Of a stretch of 64,000 nt of DNA, positions 38,636 through 48,250 are shown piece after piece. The first letter of the stretch is position 1. Each line of letters starts with the position of its first letter. The notes beneath the pieces were generated by a model. That model worked only from the letters and a program-made list of their open reading frames with translations, had not been told where the DNA came from and made no database searches. Origin of the DNA: Deltaproteobacteria bacterium (GTDB taxonomy: Bacteria > Desulfobacterota_D > UBA1144 > Nemesobacterales > CSP1-2); assembly GCA_052390235.1 (NCBI GenBank), contig JBQTHB010000002.1:352001-416000 (forward strand), written 5' to 3'. The translations under genes and the position numbers were made by a program.

Positions 38636-40276
38636 ATGACAAATATGACCGACATAGTAGTTATAGGCAAAGAAAACACGGGCAAATCCCAGTTAATAGC
38701 GTCGCTTACTGGAAAGCCCGCCTACAGCGCGAATTTCAGAGGCTCTACGGTCTCCTGCGACGCTTACTCCGCCGGCGGATATACGTTCTATGACACCCCC
38801 GGGATAATGCGCCAGTCCGACGCCGAGACTACGCGCATTGCCCTTGGCAAACTCCGCGAGGCAGAATGCCCGGTGCTTATGATTGCCAAAGCCACCCACC
38901 TTGACGAGGATTTATCAGACCTTCTGCCTCTTGCCGAGGGCAGGAGCGGCATCGTCGGCGTTACGTTTTGGGATAAAGTCCATCGGCGAAACTCGGACGA
39001 TGCGATACGGCGGCTCAGCGCTTCCTCGGGGCTTAGATTTATCTGCGTTGACGCGCGGCGTATGACTGATGCCCAGATAGGCGAATTCTACGCCTCCATT
39101 GCCGAGCCTTCGCCTTTTCCCGCCAAGGTGTCGGCGCGCGCAGGATGGCGAATAGAGCCAAAGCCGACGCTTCTGGAAACTCCGATTCTGGGGCAAATCC
39201 TCGCGCTTTTGCTTTTATTTCTGCCTGCGATTGCCGCCGTGTGGCTTGCCAACGGTTTTGCCGAGAGCGCGGACCCGATAGTAGCCGGATTCATTGCCCC
39301 TATCATAGCTTCGGCTGCTGCGCTGCCCGCCCCTCTGCAAGAGATTGCCGCGGGCAGATACGGCTTTTTGACGATGTTTCCCCTGCTCTTTGTCTGGGCA
39401 GCGCCTACGGTGCTGATTTACGCCCTATATCTCGGAATTTACAAGGCTAGCGGCCTCATTGAGAGAATCACATCTGCCCTTCATCCGCTGATGCGTCCGT
39501 TTGGACTCGCTGGCAGGGATTTGGCGCGGGTCGTAATGGGGTTTGGGTGCAACGTGCCTGCGGTGATAAGCTCGCGCTCTGCTTCGGCCTGCTCTCACGG
39601 GACTTGTCTCTCGGCGATAGCGTTCGGCTCGGCGTGTTCGTATCAGATGGGGGCGACGCTTGCCGTGTTCTCAGCCGCCGCAATGAGCTGGCTCGTTTTC
39701 CCTTATTTGGCATATCTCGCGCTGACGACCCTTGTCTATAGCCGCTTGGTTGCCCCGAAAGAAGCCCGCTCAAAACTCAATCTGCTCGTCGTCGAGGGGA
39801 GGACGTTTCTCGAATTCCCTAAGATGGGCAGAATTTGGGCTGAGGCGCGGGGGACGATAGCCGAATTTTTCCTCAAGGCGATACCTATTTTCATCCTGAT
39901 AACCGCCATTGCCTCTGCGCTCAGCTACATTGGCGTGATAGAGCTTTTGGGGGGAATTCTCTCGCCTGCGATGGGCGTTTTCAATCTGCCATCGGATGCC
40001 GCCATGGCGACGGCGCTTGCCTCGGTGCGCAAGGATGGGATTTTGCTCTTTACCGAGTCTGCCGGGTTGGCGCAGATGACGGCGCTTCAGGTACTTACGG
40101 GGGTGTACCTTGCCGGAGCGCTTCTGCCCTGCCTTGTAACTGCGATAGCCATCGGGAGGGAGAGGTCTGCGCGCTTTGTCCTCGCGCTCATGGGAAAACA
40201 GGCGGCGGCGGCTTTGGTGTTCTCTGCAATACTCGCATGGGTAGGGCTGGCGGCGGCGAGGCTCTTTGGATATTAG
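38636..40276 (+). CDS. Short FeoB-like GTPase-coupled membrane transporter
   Basis: G1 GKENTGKS, G2 NFRGST, G3 DTPG; gate motif MGFGCNVPA; many TMs. Confidence 0.82.
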   Translation: MTNMTDIVVIGKENTGKSQLIASLTGKPAYSANFRGSTVSCDAYSAGGYTFYDTPGIMRQSDAETTRIALGKLREAECPVLMIAKATHLDEDLSDLLPLAEGRSGIVGVTFWDKVHRRNSDDAIRRLSASSGLRFICVDARRMTDAQIGEFYASIAEPSPFPAKVSARAGWRIEPKPTLLETPILGQILALLLLFLPAIAAVWLANGFAESADPIVAGFIAPIIASAAALPAPLQEIAAGRYGFLTMFPLLFVWAAPTVLIYALYLGIYKASGLIERITSALHPLMRPFGLAGRDLARVVMGFGCNVPAVISSRSASACSHGTCLSAIAFGSACSYQMGATLAVFSAAAMSWLVFPYLAYLALTTLVYSRLVAPKEARSKLNLLVVEGRTFLEFPKMGRIWAEARGTIAEFFLKAIPIFILITAIASALSYIGVIELLGGILSPAMGVFNLPSDAAMATALASVRKDGILLFTESAGLAQMTALQVLTGVYLAGALLPCLVTAIAIGRERSARFVLALMGKQAAAALVFSAILAWVGLAAARLFGY

Positions 40277-40379
40277 ACGGCGCATTTGTCTGTCAATGGT
40301 TAATCCAACCCGGGGCGGCAGGGGAGTGATTTATCGGAATATTGGGGATTAGCGTCATTTCTCGAATATGCGAGGGTAC

Positions 40380-41147
40380 ATGGAAATCTGGTTGTTTGCT
40401 ATTTTCGGCAGCGTTCTTATAAGCGTTTTTTCAGTAGCGGGCGCGTTTACAATTTGGATGAATGAGAGCCGCCTTAAACGGGTTGTCCCGTTTTTGGTGA
40501 GTATGGCTGTAGGGGTTCTCCTCGGCGATGCGTTTGTTCACCTGCTTCCCGATGCCAATGAATTACTAGGCTCGTTCAGGGCGGTTTCCCTCTATACGGC
40601 GGCGGGGATACTGCTATTTTTTGCGCTGGAGAAGGCGGTCAGGTGGCGGCACGACCACAGCATCGGACAGAGCGCGGCGCAGGATGGAATAAAGCCGCTT
40701 GCCAAGATGAACCTCATCGGCGACGCAGTGCATAACTTCACCGACGGCGCGCTAATAGCGGGCAGTTTCCTTGCGAGTCCCGCGCTCGGAGTAACCACTA
40801 CGATAGCCATCATAGCCCATGAAATCCCTCAGGAAATAGGGGACGTCGGCGCTCTCATTTACGGAGGATACAAGCCGCGAAGAGCGGTATGGCTCAATTT
40901 TCTCTGCTCCCTTACCTGCCCGCTTGGGGCTGTATCCACTCTAATTCTGGGGACGTTTATAGGCAATTCGCTGCCGTTTCTGCTCCCAGTAGCTGCCGGA
41001 GGGTTTATATATATTGCCGTATCCGACCTCATGCCCGCCCTTCATTACCGCTCTCCGGTTTACGTCCACATCGCTCAGGTGGCGATAATAGCGGGAGGGA
41101 TTCAGGCTATGAGCTTGGTGGGGACGCTGGAGAATCTCTTGAAATAG
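40380..41147 (+). CDS. ZIP family metal transporter
   Basis: HLLPDA, DAVHNFTDG, AHEIPQEIGD, GGFIYIA. Confidence 0.92.
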   Translation: MEIWLFAIFGSVLISVFSVAGAFTIWMNESRLKRVVPFLVSMAVGVLLGDAFVHLLPDANELLGSFRAVSLYTAAGILLFFALEKAVRWRHDHSIGQSAAQDGIKPLAKMNLIGDAVHNFTDGALIAGSFLASPALGVTTTIAIIAHEIPQEIGDVGALIYGGYKPRRAVWLNFLCSLTCPLGAVSTLILGTFIGNSLPFLLPVAAGGFIYIAVSDLMPALHYRSPVYVHIAQVAIIAGGIQAMSLVGTLENLLK

Positions 41148-41162
41148 AGGAGGCAAAGTAAA

Positions 41163-41444
41163 ATGTGCGATTTTTTCAAAACTAAAAAGGACAATCTCGA
41201 CTATATTGATAAAATTAAAAAATGGGTCGCCCTAGAGTTCGAGCTTCCCCAAGAGGCGTCCATAATGGTAACCGAGGTGAAATGCGAAAAACCCGACTGC
41301 CCGCCTCACGAGACTGTAATCGCCATCCTGGACACCCCGCCAAGAAGGTACAAGCTGATGAAGGGCATCAAGGACGTAAGGCATCTCGACGTGGCAGGCT
41401 TAGCCGAGGGGGAGAAGCTCGCCGCTCTAAGCTGCGATTGCTAG
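41163..41444 (+). CDS. Small Cys-motif protein (CxxPxCPPxET)
   Basis: GGAGG SD; VTEVKCEKPDCPPHETVI; C-terminal CDC. Confidence 0.75.
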   Translation: MCDFFKTKKDNLDYIDKIKKWVALEFELPQEASIMVTEVKCEKPDCPPHETVIAILDTPPRRYKLMKGIKDVRHLDVAGLAEGEKLAALSCDC

Positions 41445-41533
41445 TGAAATGGCAACATGAATCGCAATTCTGTTTGTGCTCGCTCATATACGGCGAAGTT
41501 CCATTTAATAAATATTAAGGAGGTAATCCCGAC

Positions 41534-42889
41534 ATGGCTGAAAAAATATTGGACAGCCTCGTTCCCGTTACTGTTCTCACCGGGTTCTTAGGCTCCGGCA
41601 AGACCACTTTGCTAAACCGAATTCTCTCGGAGAATCACGGCAGGCGCATAGCCGTTATAGAAAACGAGTTCGGCGAAATCGGCATTGACAACGAGCTTGT
41701 CATCGGCGCCGAGGAAGAGATATTCGAGATGAACAACGGTTGCATCTGTTGCACGGTGAGGGGCGACCTCATCCGCATTCTCGGCAATCTAATGAAACGC
41801 AGGGATAAATTCGACTACATAATGATAGAAACCACCGGCATGGCAGACCCCGGCCCTGTTGCTCAAACCTTCTTTATGGACGATGAGCTGAAGGCAAAGC
41901 TAAAACTCGACGCCATCGTAACCATGATAGACGCCAAGCACGTCCGCCAACACATTGACCACAGCGCCGAGGTAAAAGAGCAGATAGCTTTTGCCGATGT
42001 GATACTCATCAATAAAACCGACCTTGTGCCGCACGGGGAGCTTGACGCTCTGGAATCCCGCATAAAAAGCATGAACTCCGCCGCCCGCATTTACCGCACA
42101 AAAGACGCCGCAATTGACATGGATAAAGTCTTAAACATTGGCGGCTTCGACCTTAGCCGCGCCCTTGGGGTTGACCCTAAGTTCATGGAACCGGAGTACC
42201 CGTTTGAATGGACTGGGGCGTTTGAGCTTGACGCTGGGAGATATGAATTCTCCCTCTACAAGGGTCCCGACCCCGCTATGAGCGCGGCGCTATTTCGCGT
42301 GCCGCAGGCAACTCGCGCCGCCTTATTGGGCGCTGCCGAGCAGGCTGTCCTCGTCTTTTCATCCGATGGGCAGGGGATTTGCTCTGGCGAGAGCATAAAG
42401 CCAGCGGCGAGCCTCCTGCGGCTTGATTTATCGGCGGATAATCCCCGTTTCGGAGTGGAAATCGCCGAGAGCGGCTATTACGCCCTTTTCACCGAGCATC
42501 ACCCGGATGAATTCAAGGCGTCGCTCACCGCAGGGGGCATCGCGCTCATCCCCGCCGCATCCCGCGAGTTCAAGCCCGACCATGAACACGACGAAGAGGT
42601 TTCATCGGTCGGCATCACCACGCCCGCAGACCTCGATATGGACAAATTCAGCCAGTGGCTTCGGGGACTGCTCTCGAGTCAGGGGGCGGATATTTTTAGG
42701 ATGAAAGGTATCTTGAGCTTTAAGGGTCAGGACGAGCGTTTCGTTTTTCAGGGGGTTCATATGCTATTTGATGGACGTCCCGACCGCCCGTGGGGCGGGG
42801 AGCCGCGCAAAAACAGCCTCATATTCATCGGGAGAAACCTAGACCGCAAGGCACTCAACGAGGGGTTTAACTCATGCCTAGCAGGATAA
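41534..42889 (+). CDS. COG0523/CobW-family metallochaperone GTPase
   Basis: [32 protein letters not shown]...QGVH CobW_C domain. Confidence 0.94.
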   Translation: MAEKILDSLVPVTVLTGFLGSGKTTLLNRILSENHGRRIAVIENEFGEIGIDNELVIGAEEEIFEMNNGCICCTVRGDLIRILGNLMKRRDKFDYIMIETTGMADPGPVAQTFFMDDELKAKLKLDAIVTMIDAKHVRQHIDHSAEVKEQIAFADVILINKTDLVPHGELDALESRIKSMNSAARIYRTKDAAIDMDKVLNIGGFDLSRALGVDPKFMEPEYPFEWTGAFELDAGRYEFSLYKGPDPAMSAALFRVPQATRAALLGAAEQAVLVFSSDGQGICSGESIKPAASLLRLDLSADNPRFGVEIAESGYYALFTEHHPDEFKASLTAGGIALIPAASREFKPDHEHDEEVSSVGITTPADLDMDKFSQWLRGLLSSQGADIFRMKGILSFKGQDERFVFQGVHMLFDGRPDRPWGGEPRKNSLIFIGRNLDRKALNEGFNSCLAG

Positions 42890-43893
42890 AAGCGCTGTCC
42901 GAGAAGTGGCGCTCTGATATTGGGGATTACGTCATCGGCCTCGCCTGGTCTCCCGACGGCGGGCTTCTCGCCGCGGCGTCCATAGGCGGAAAGATTGCCG
43001 TCTTGGGCCGCGGCACGGGATATACGCTTCACAATCTCGGCGGGCATGAGATGGGCGTTTGCTCTGTAAGCTGGAGTCCCGATGGGCTAACCCTTGCGAG
43101 CGGCGGTCAGGATGGGCGCGTAAGGCTCTGGGATATGGAAAGCGGGGCGCAGAGGCTGTCGGTGGAAGCAGGAGCGTATTGGGTGGAAGCGGTAAGCTGG
43201 AGTCCCAAGGGCGGCATTCTCGCCTCTGCCGCCGGCAGAGAGTTGAGGCTCTGGGACATGGGCGGCGCTCTTTTGGAGTCTCATAACTGCCACGATGCCA
43301 CCATCACCGACATTGCGTGGAAACCCGGCGGAGACGACGCCATTGCCGTCTCAGCGTACGGCGGCATCACGGTTCACTACCCAGGCAATCCCAGCCGGAG
43401 GCGGCATCTGAAGTGGAAAGGCTCTGCTCTCGCCCTTGCCTGGAGCCCTGATGCAAAGTTCATAGCCGCAGGGGATCAGGACTCTACCGCGCATCTGTGG
43501 TTCGAGAGAGATGGCAATCACCTGCAGATGAGCGGCTACCCTACCAAAGTGCGCGAGCTTTCCTGGAGCGCCTCAAGCCGCTATCTTGCCACAGGCGGCG
43601 GGAGCGAACCTCTGATATGGGATTGCTCCGGCAGGGGGCCGCAGGGAACAAAGCCCCTAGCCCTAAACGGACACGGGGAATTAATAACCGCTCTGGCGTT
43701 TCAGAACCGCGGCGCCGCTCTCGCCTCGGCGTGCCAGGGCGCCATTGTCCTGCTGTGGTTGCCCGGCAAAACCACTCACCCCACTGTCGCATCCCGATTG
43801 GATTTGCCCGCCTCGCAGCTCGCGTGGTCGCCCGACGATAAATATCTCGCCGTCGGAACTGAGGGCGGCGCAGTGGCGCTCCTCACCGTCTAA
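42874..43893 (+). CDS. WD40 repeat protein
   Basis: Repeated WSPDG...LAS...D..VRLWD units; overlaps COG0523 gene. Confidence 0.9.
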   Translation: MPSRIKALSEKWRSDIGDYVIGLAWSPDGGLLAAASIGGKIAVLGRGTGYTLHNLGGHEMGVCSVSWSPDGLTLASGGQDGRVRLWDMESGAQRLSVEAGAYWVEAVSWSPKGGILASAAGRELRLWDMGGALLESHNCHDATITDIAWKPGGDDAIAVSAYGGITVHYPGNPSRRRHLKWKGSALALAWSPDAKFIAAGDQDSTAHLWFERDGNHLQMSGYPTKVRELSWSASSRYLATGGGSEPLIWDCSGRGPQGTKPLALNGHGELITALAFQNRGAALASACQGAIVLLWLPGKTTHPTVASRLDLPASQLAWSPDDKYLAVGTEGGAVALLTV

Positions 43894-43913
43894 TCGGGAG
43901 GGTATTTCGTAAT

Positions 43914-44533
43914 ATGCCTAAATTCGTCCCGGCGCGGGAAAACGAAATTTACCGGCTCAATCCCCTAGACGCCGCATCCCAGAGCGGTTGGCGCATTAAA
44001 CCGGCCGAAATTAAACTCGGCTCGCAGCTCCTAGATATGCAGATTTGGCGCTGGGGACTCGACATCAAACGCCCGGAGGGAAACCTACTGCTCGAACAGG
44101 ATTCACCCGCCACAGAGCACCGGAGGGAATCCTAGCAAGCCCGATGTACGAGCGCGCCCTATCGAGCCAGACGCGCATAAAGCTCTGGGGATTCGGGCTT
44201 TTCTACGCCGATGCGGGCTTAGGAGGGGTTTTCCTTAAGCGTTATGAATTTATGCCTCGGCTAACGGAGTTCGGCGAAATTGACGAGATTTGGTCTGCCG
44301 ACAACGTTCCCAAGCCCCGACTTCCTCAAAACGCCGACGAGCGGCGCAGGGTGCGCGGGCTAACCCTTGGAGCGGTTCACTGGATTGCACATTACGAGCA
44401 GTGGGTGCGCAAGCGCTGCCGGAGCGTCTACAGGCGGGATTGCGTGAGCAGACATCCTAAATGCCCATTTCAAATGGACAATATGGCGGCGGGTTGGCTT
44501 CGTCTGGCCGGCAGCATCGCTTCCGCAGTTTAA
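43914..44533 (+). pseudogene. Hypothetical protein split by apparent 1-nt frameshift near 44099
   Basis: ORF 43914-44135 (WGLDIKRPEGNLLLE) joins ORF 44045-44533 (GFTRHR...LWGFGLFY) if one base is added at CAGGA. Confidence 0.6.
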
Positions 44534-44732
44534 TGCCCGTCCGATGCCGCTTCCCATGAGACGCTCCGATAAATAAGCGACAGACTCCCTGCCTCAAAAA
44601 TGACACCTGCCGTTATTTCAACCCCCAGAAGGGCGAGCAGAAAGCTAGTCCGCATTTCCCACTCTGTGCAGACTGAATCTGCGTTAGGTACAATTCCCGC
44701 TCCTATAAATCTTCTCGGCGATAGGGGTGCAA

Positions 44733-45293
44733 ATGAAGCGGATATGTGTTTACTGTGGCTCAAGCCTCGGAGCAAAACCTGAATATGCGACCGCGGCGAG
44801 GGAGCTTGGCAGGCTTTTGGCTCAACGAAACATCGGCTTGGTCTATGGCGGAGGCGGTGTTGGGCTAATGGGCGAGGTCGCCAAAGCCGCCCTTGCCGAA
44901 GGAGGCGAGGTCATAGGGATTATCCCCAAACAACTCGCTCGAAAGGAAATCGCCTTTGATGACGTATCGAAGCTCATAGTCCTAGATACCATGCACGAGA
45001 GAAAAGCCCTGATGTCAGAGCTTGCGGACGGCTTCATTACCCTTCCCGGCGGCTTAGGCACGTTCGAGGAATTCTTCGAGACCCTCACCTGGGCGCAGCT
45101 TGAAATCCACGCAAAACCCTGCGGGCTTTTGAATGTCGCCGGCTACTTCGATGGATTAATTCACTTTCTCGATTACTCGATTTCAGAGCAGTTCATTCAC
45201 CCCAAATACCGCTCGCTCTTTATTATTGATGAAAGCCCCTGCGCGCTCTTGGACAGGTTTCTTAGCGATTCCAACAGACCCCCATCGGACTGA
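44733..45293 (+). CDS. LOG family (TIGR00730) nucleotide phosphoribohydrolase
   Basis: CVYCGSS, LVYGGG..GLMG, MHERK, PGGLGTFEE. Confidence 0.93.
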   Translation: MKRICVYCGSSLGAKPEYATAARELGRLLAQRNIGLVYGGGGVGLMGEVAKAALAEGGEVIGIIPKQLARKEIAFDDVSKLIVLDTMHERKALMSELADGFITLPGGLGTFEEFFETLTWAQLEIHAKPCGLLNVAGYFDGLIHFLDYSISEQFIHPKYRSLFIIDESPCALLDRFLSDSNRPPSD

Positions 45294-45382
45294 GCGCTTG
45301 TCGTAATTGCCGGATTCCCGCTAGACTTGTCCCTGAGCCGCTGATTTTCACCTCCGCGCTCGATATGACTTACGGAGACCTC

Positions 45383-46570
45383 ATGAAGCAAAAGCGAATA
45401 ATTCTCTACACCGGCAAGGGCGGAGTGGGCAAAACCACAGTCGCCGCCGCCACTGCAATTCAATCTGCTAAAATGGGATATAGAACCCTAGTCATCTCGA
45501 CTGACGCCGCCCACAGCCTAAGGGATGCCTTCAGCGCCGAACTCGGACCAGAGCCTAAGGAAATCATGCCAAACCTCCACGCCCAAGAGATTGACGTCTA
45601 TTACTCGGTGGATAAGTACTGGGGCAAGCTCACGGGCTATATACAGTCGCTTTTCGGCTGGATGAAGGTTGACGAGATTCTAGCCGAGGAGTTTAGTGTT
45701 CTGCCGGGAATGGAGGAGGTCTCGTGCTTCCTGTGGGTTCATCAGCATTTTGAGAGCGGCAAATACGACGTCATCATCGTTGACAGCGCGCCTACTGGCG
45801 AGACGCTTCGCCTGCTTTCTCTGCCCGATGTTGCCCGGTGGTGGATTGTAAAAATATTCCCCATCGAGCGCAAGGTGCTGAAATTCATAAGACCCGCCGC
45901 AAAGGTCGTAACCGATATGCCTCTTCCCGCAGACGACACCTACGACGCCATCGAGAACTTATTCGGCAGGCTCGATTTGATTCATAAGGTGTTCTCGAAT
46001 CCCGACTTTACCTCCATCCGCCTCGTGCTGAACCTAGAGAACATGGTCATCCGCGAGACTCAGCGCGCCTACACGTATCTAAACCTCTACGGCTACCCTG
46101 TGGACTCGGTAGTCATCAACAAGACCGCGCCCAAGGGGATAGACCACCCCTATTTCGACGAGCTGAGAAAATCGCAGACCGCCTACAGACAGGAGGTCTC
46201 AGAACTCTTCAGCCCCATCCCAACGTTCGAGACCGAGCTTTTCCCGCAGGAAATTTTGGGCATAGGGGCGCTGGAGAGATTCGCCGAGGGCGTATTCAGC
46301 GGCAAAGACCCGACTCAGATTTTCTACCGCGGCAAACCCTACGAGATTCAAAAAGAGGGCGGAAATTACGTTCTCTCGATGAAACTGCCATTTGTCTCAA
46401 AAGACGAGGTAAAGCTCTTTCAAACCGGCGACGAGCTTGTAATCCAGATTGAAAACCAGAGGAGGTGCGTGTTCCTCCCAAAATTCGTTGCCGGACTTGC
46501 GATTAAAAAAGCGAGCCTCGAGAGCGACCTGCTGAAAATTGTGTTTGAGAAGAAGCCCGCTAAGAGGTAA
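45383..46570 (+). CDS. ArsA/GET3 family ATPase with C-terminal Hsp20-like domain
   Basis: GKGGVGKTT, STDAAHSL, DSAPTG; C-terminal LKLPF...GDEL.I.I alpha-crystallin-like region. Confidence 0.9.
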   Translation: MKQKRIILYTGKGGVGKTTVAAATAIQSAKMGYRTLVISTDAAHSLRDAFSAELGPEPKEIMPNLHAQEIDVYYSVDKYWGKLTGYIQSLFGWMKVDEILAEEFSVLPGMEEVSCFLWVHQHFESGKYDVIIVDSAPTGETLRLLSLPDVARWWIVKIFPIERKVLKFIRPAAKVVTDMPLPADDTYDAIENLFGRLDLIHKVFSNPDFTSIRLVLNLENMVIRETQRAYTYLNLYGYPVDSVVINKTAPKGIDHPYFDELRKSQTAYRQEVSELFSPIPTFETELFPQEILGIGALERFAEGVFSGKDPTQIFYRGKPYEIQKEGGNYVLSMKLPFVSKDEVKLFQTGDELVIQIENQRRCVFLPKFVAGLAIKKASLESDLLKIVFEKKPAKR

Positions 46571-46744
46571 TGCGCGGTTCCCATCCGCGGTTTGCTCGGA
46601 TTGGGCGGCGGGAATCCATTTCTCTCCATACCTAGCGGAGTCGAGGTATGAGGGGGGCTGTTCCGCACGCTCCGCCTCTGAGATTCCGAATAGGCAGAGG
46701 ACGATAAGTCGGGGTATCACGCAAAATTTGACAGGGCAGCCGAG

Positions 46745-47932
46745 CTATTCGCCGCCAAATTCCTCCCTAACTGCAAGCGCCGCAATTGTCGCCACGCGCT
46801 CTCTTATACCGTTAATATTTGCCTTGCCATCGGGGTGAGTCCTGTTCGTGAGGAGAATAATAAAACTCTCCGACGGCGGGTCAATCCAGAATGAGACCCC
46901 GCTAAAACCCGTGTGTCCGAACGATTCGAGCGAGTACAGTTTCCCCTTGGGTCTCGAATACGGCGAGAGCATATCCCACCCAAGCCCGCGAAGGGCAAAC
47001 CCCGCCTCAGGCTTATGAGCCTCCGTCATCAGGGCTACTGTCTCGGGCTTAAGAATCCGCGCTCCCTCATAGATGCCGCCGTTTAAAATCATCTGGCAGA
47101 ATATTGCCAAATCCCCCGCCGTGGAAAACACTCCTGCGTGTCCCGCAACCCCTCCGAGGTAATGCGCTCGTATGTCCTGCGCCCTGCCTCTGAGCCATTT
47201 GCCGTCCCGCATCGTCGTGGGAGCGGCGCGTTTCCGCAGCCTCCGGCTTGGAACAAATTCCGTGTCTCTCATCCCAAGCGGGGCGAATATCTCCCCTTTG
47301 GCAAATTCATCGAGGCTCCGTCCAGTGATATTTTTGACCATTTCGCCTAGTACGATATAGCCGATGCCGCTGTAGTTAAACCTCTCCCCCGGCGGGAATT
47401 CCGGCTTCAGCGAGTAAATCTGCCCAAGAGCCGCCGCCCGCCCTCTCTTGTAGGATTCGAGGTCGTCCCCCTCGGGCAGTCCCGATGTGTGAGTGAGAAT
47501 TTGGCGTATTGTAATGCCGCCTTTGCCGTTTTCAGCGAATTCGGGGATGTACTTGGCTATCCGGTCGTCGAGCGAGATGGCGTCCCTCTCGCGCAGGAGC
47601 ATAACAGATGCCGCCGCCGCTATGACCTTTGTTAGGGATGCAATATCGAAAACCGTATCGAGCGTCATAGTCTCTGCTTCTGGCAGGACTGCGCGCAGGC
47701 CAAAGGCTCTCTGATACGCGATTTTCCCTTTTCGGGCGACGAGAACGACAGCCCCGGCGCTCTCGCCGGCTTCGATGGATTTTTGCGCCTCGGCGTCAAT
47801 CCGGCTCAGGATTTTCTCGGACATACCAACGCTCTCGGGCGAGGCGGATGGCAGGGGGGCGGGTCTATTTGGGATATAGAAGTAGAAAACCGCAACGGCT
47901 GTGAGAGTCAGCAACACTAAGGCGCGCCCCAT
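46745..47932 (-). CDS. Serine hydrolase, beta-lactamase class C-like
   Basis: SLTK (SxxK), LTHTSG, YSG, GHAG, GHTGFSG; N-terminal anchor. Confidence 0.9.
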   Translation of the reverse strand: MGRALVLLTLTAVAVFYFYIPNRPAPLPSASPESVGMSEKILSRIDAEAQKSIEAGESAGAVVLVARKGKIAYQRAFGLRAVLPEAETMTLDTVFDIASLTKVIAAAASVMLLRERDAISLDDRIAKYIPEFAENGKGGITIRQILTHTSGLPEGDDLESYKRGRAAALGQIYSLKPEFPPGERFNYSGIGYIVLGEMVKNITGRSLDEFAKGEIFAPLGMRDTEFVPSRRLRKRAAPTTMRDGKWLRGRAQDIRAHYLGGVAGHAGVFSTAGDLAIFCQMILNGGIYEGARILKPETVALMTEAHKPEAGFALRGLGWDMLSPYSRPKGKLYSLESFGHTGFSGVSFWIDPPSESFIILLTNRTHPDGKANINGIRERVATIAALAVREEFGGE

Positions 47933-48250
47933 GAAATTACTATAAGCCCTATCGGGGCTGTTTCAAAGCAATTATGAGCGATGGCAGATGAAGCCCCGCG
48001 CTAAAGGGCGCATACGCCTCTGGGCAAACCTCAGAGGAGCGTTGTCAAAAAATGGGAACAATTTTGAGATGGGCGGCGTCTAATCCCTCGAGACGCAATA
48101 GGGGGCGGCTCTGAGCCTCAATGCCGCGGGCTACTCCCCACAGCAAGCGGATTATCGTATAATCGAGTGCGTGAGGGCGCTGGCAATCCACGCCTCAACT
48201 CCCGTCTCTCGGCGGCTCGGTTCGGTATTAAATTCTCTCGGAGGTGAGTC

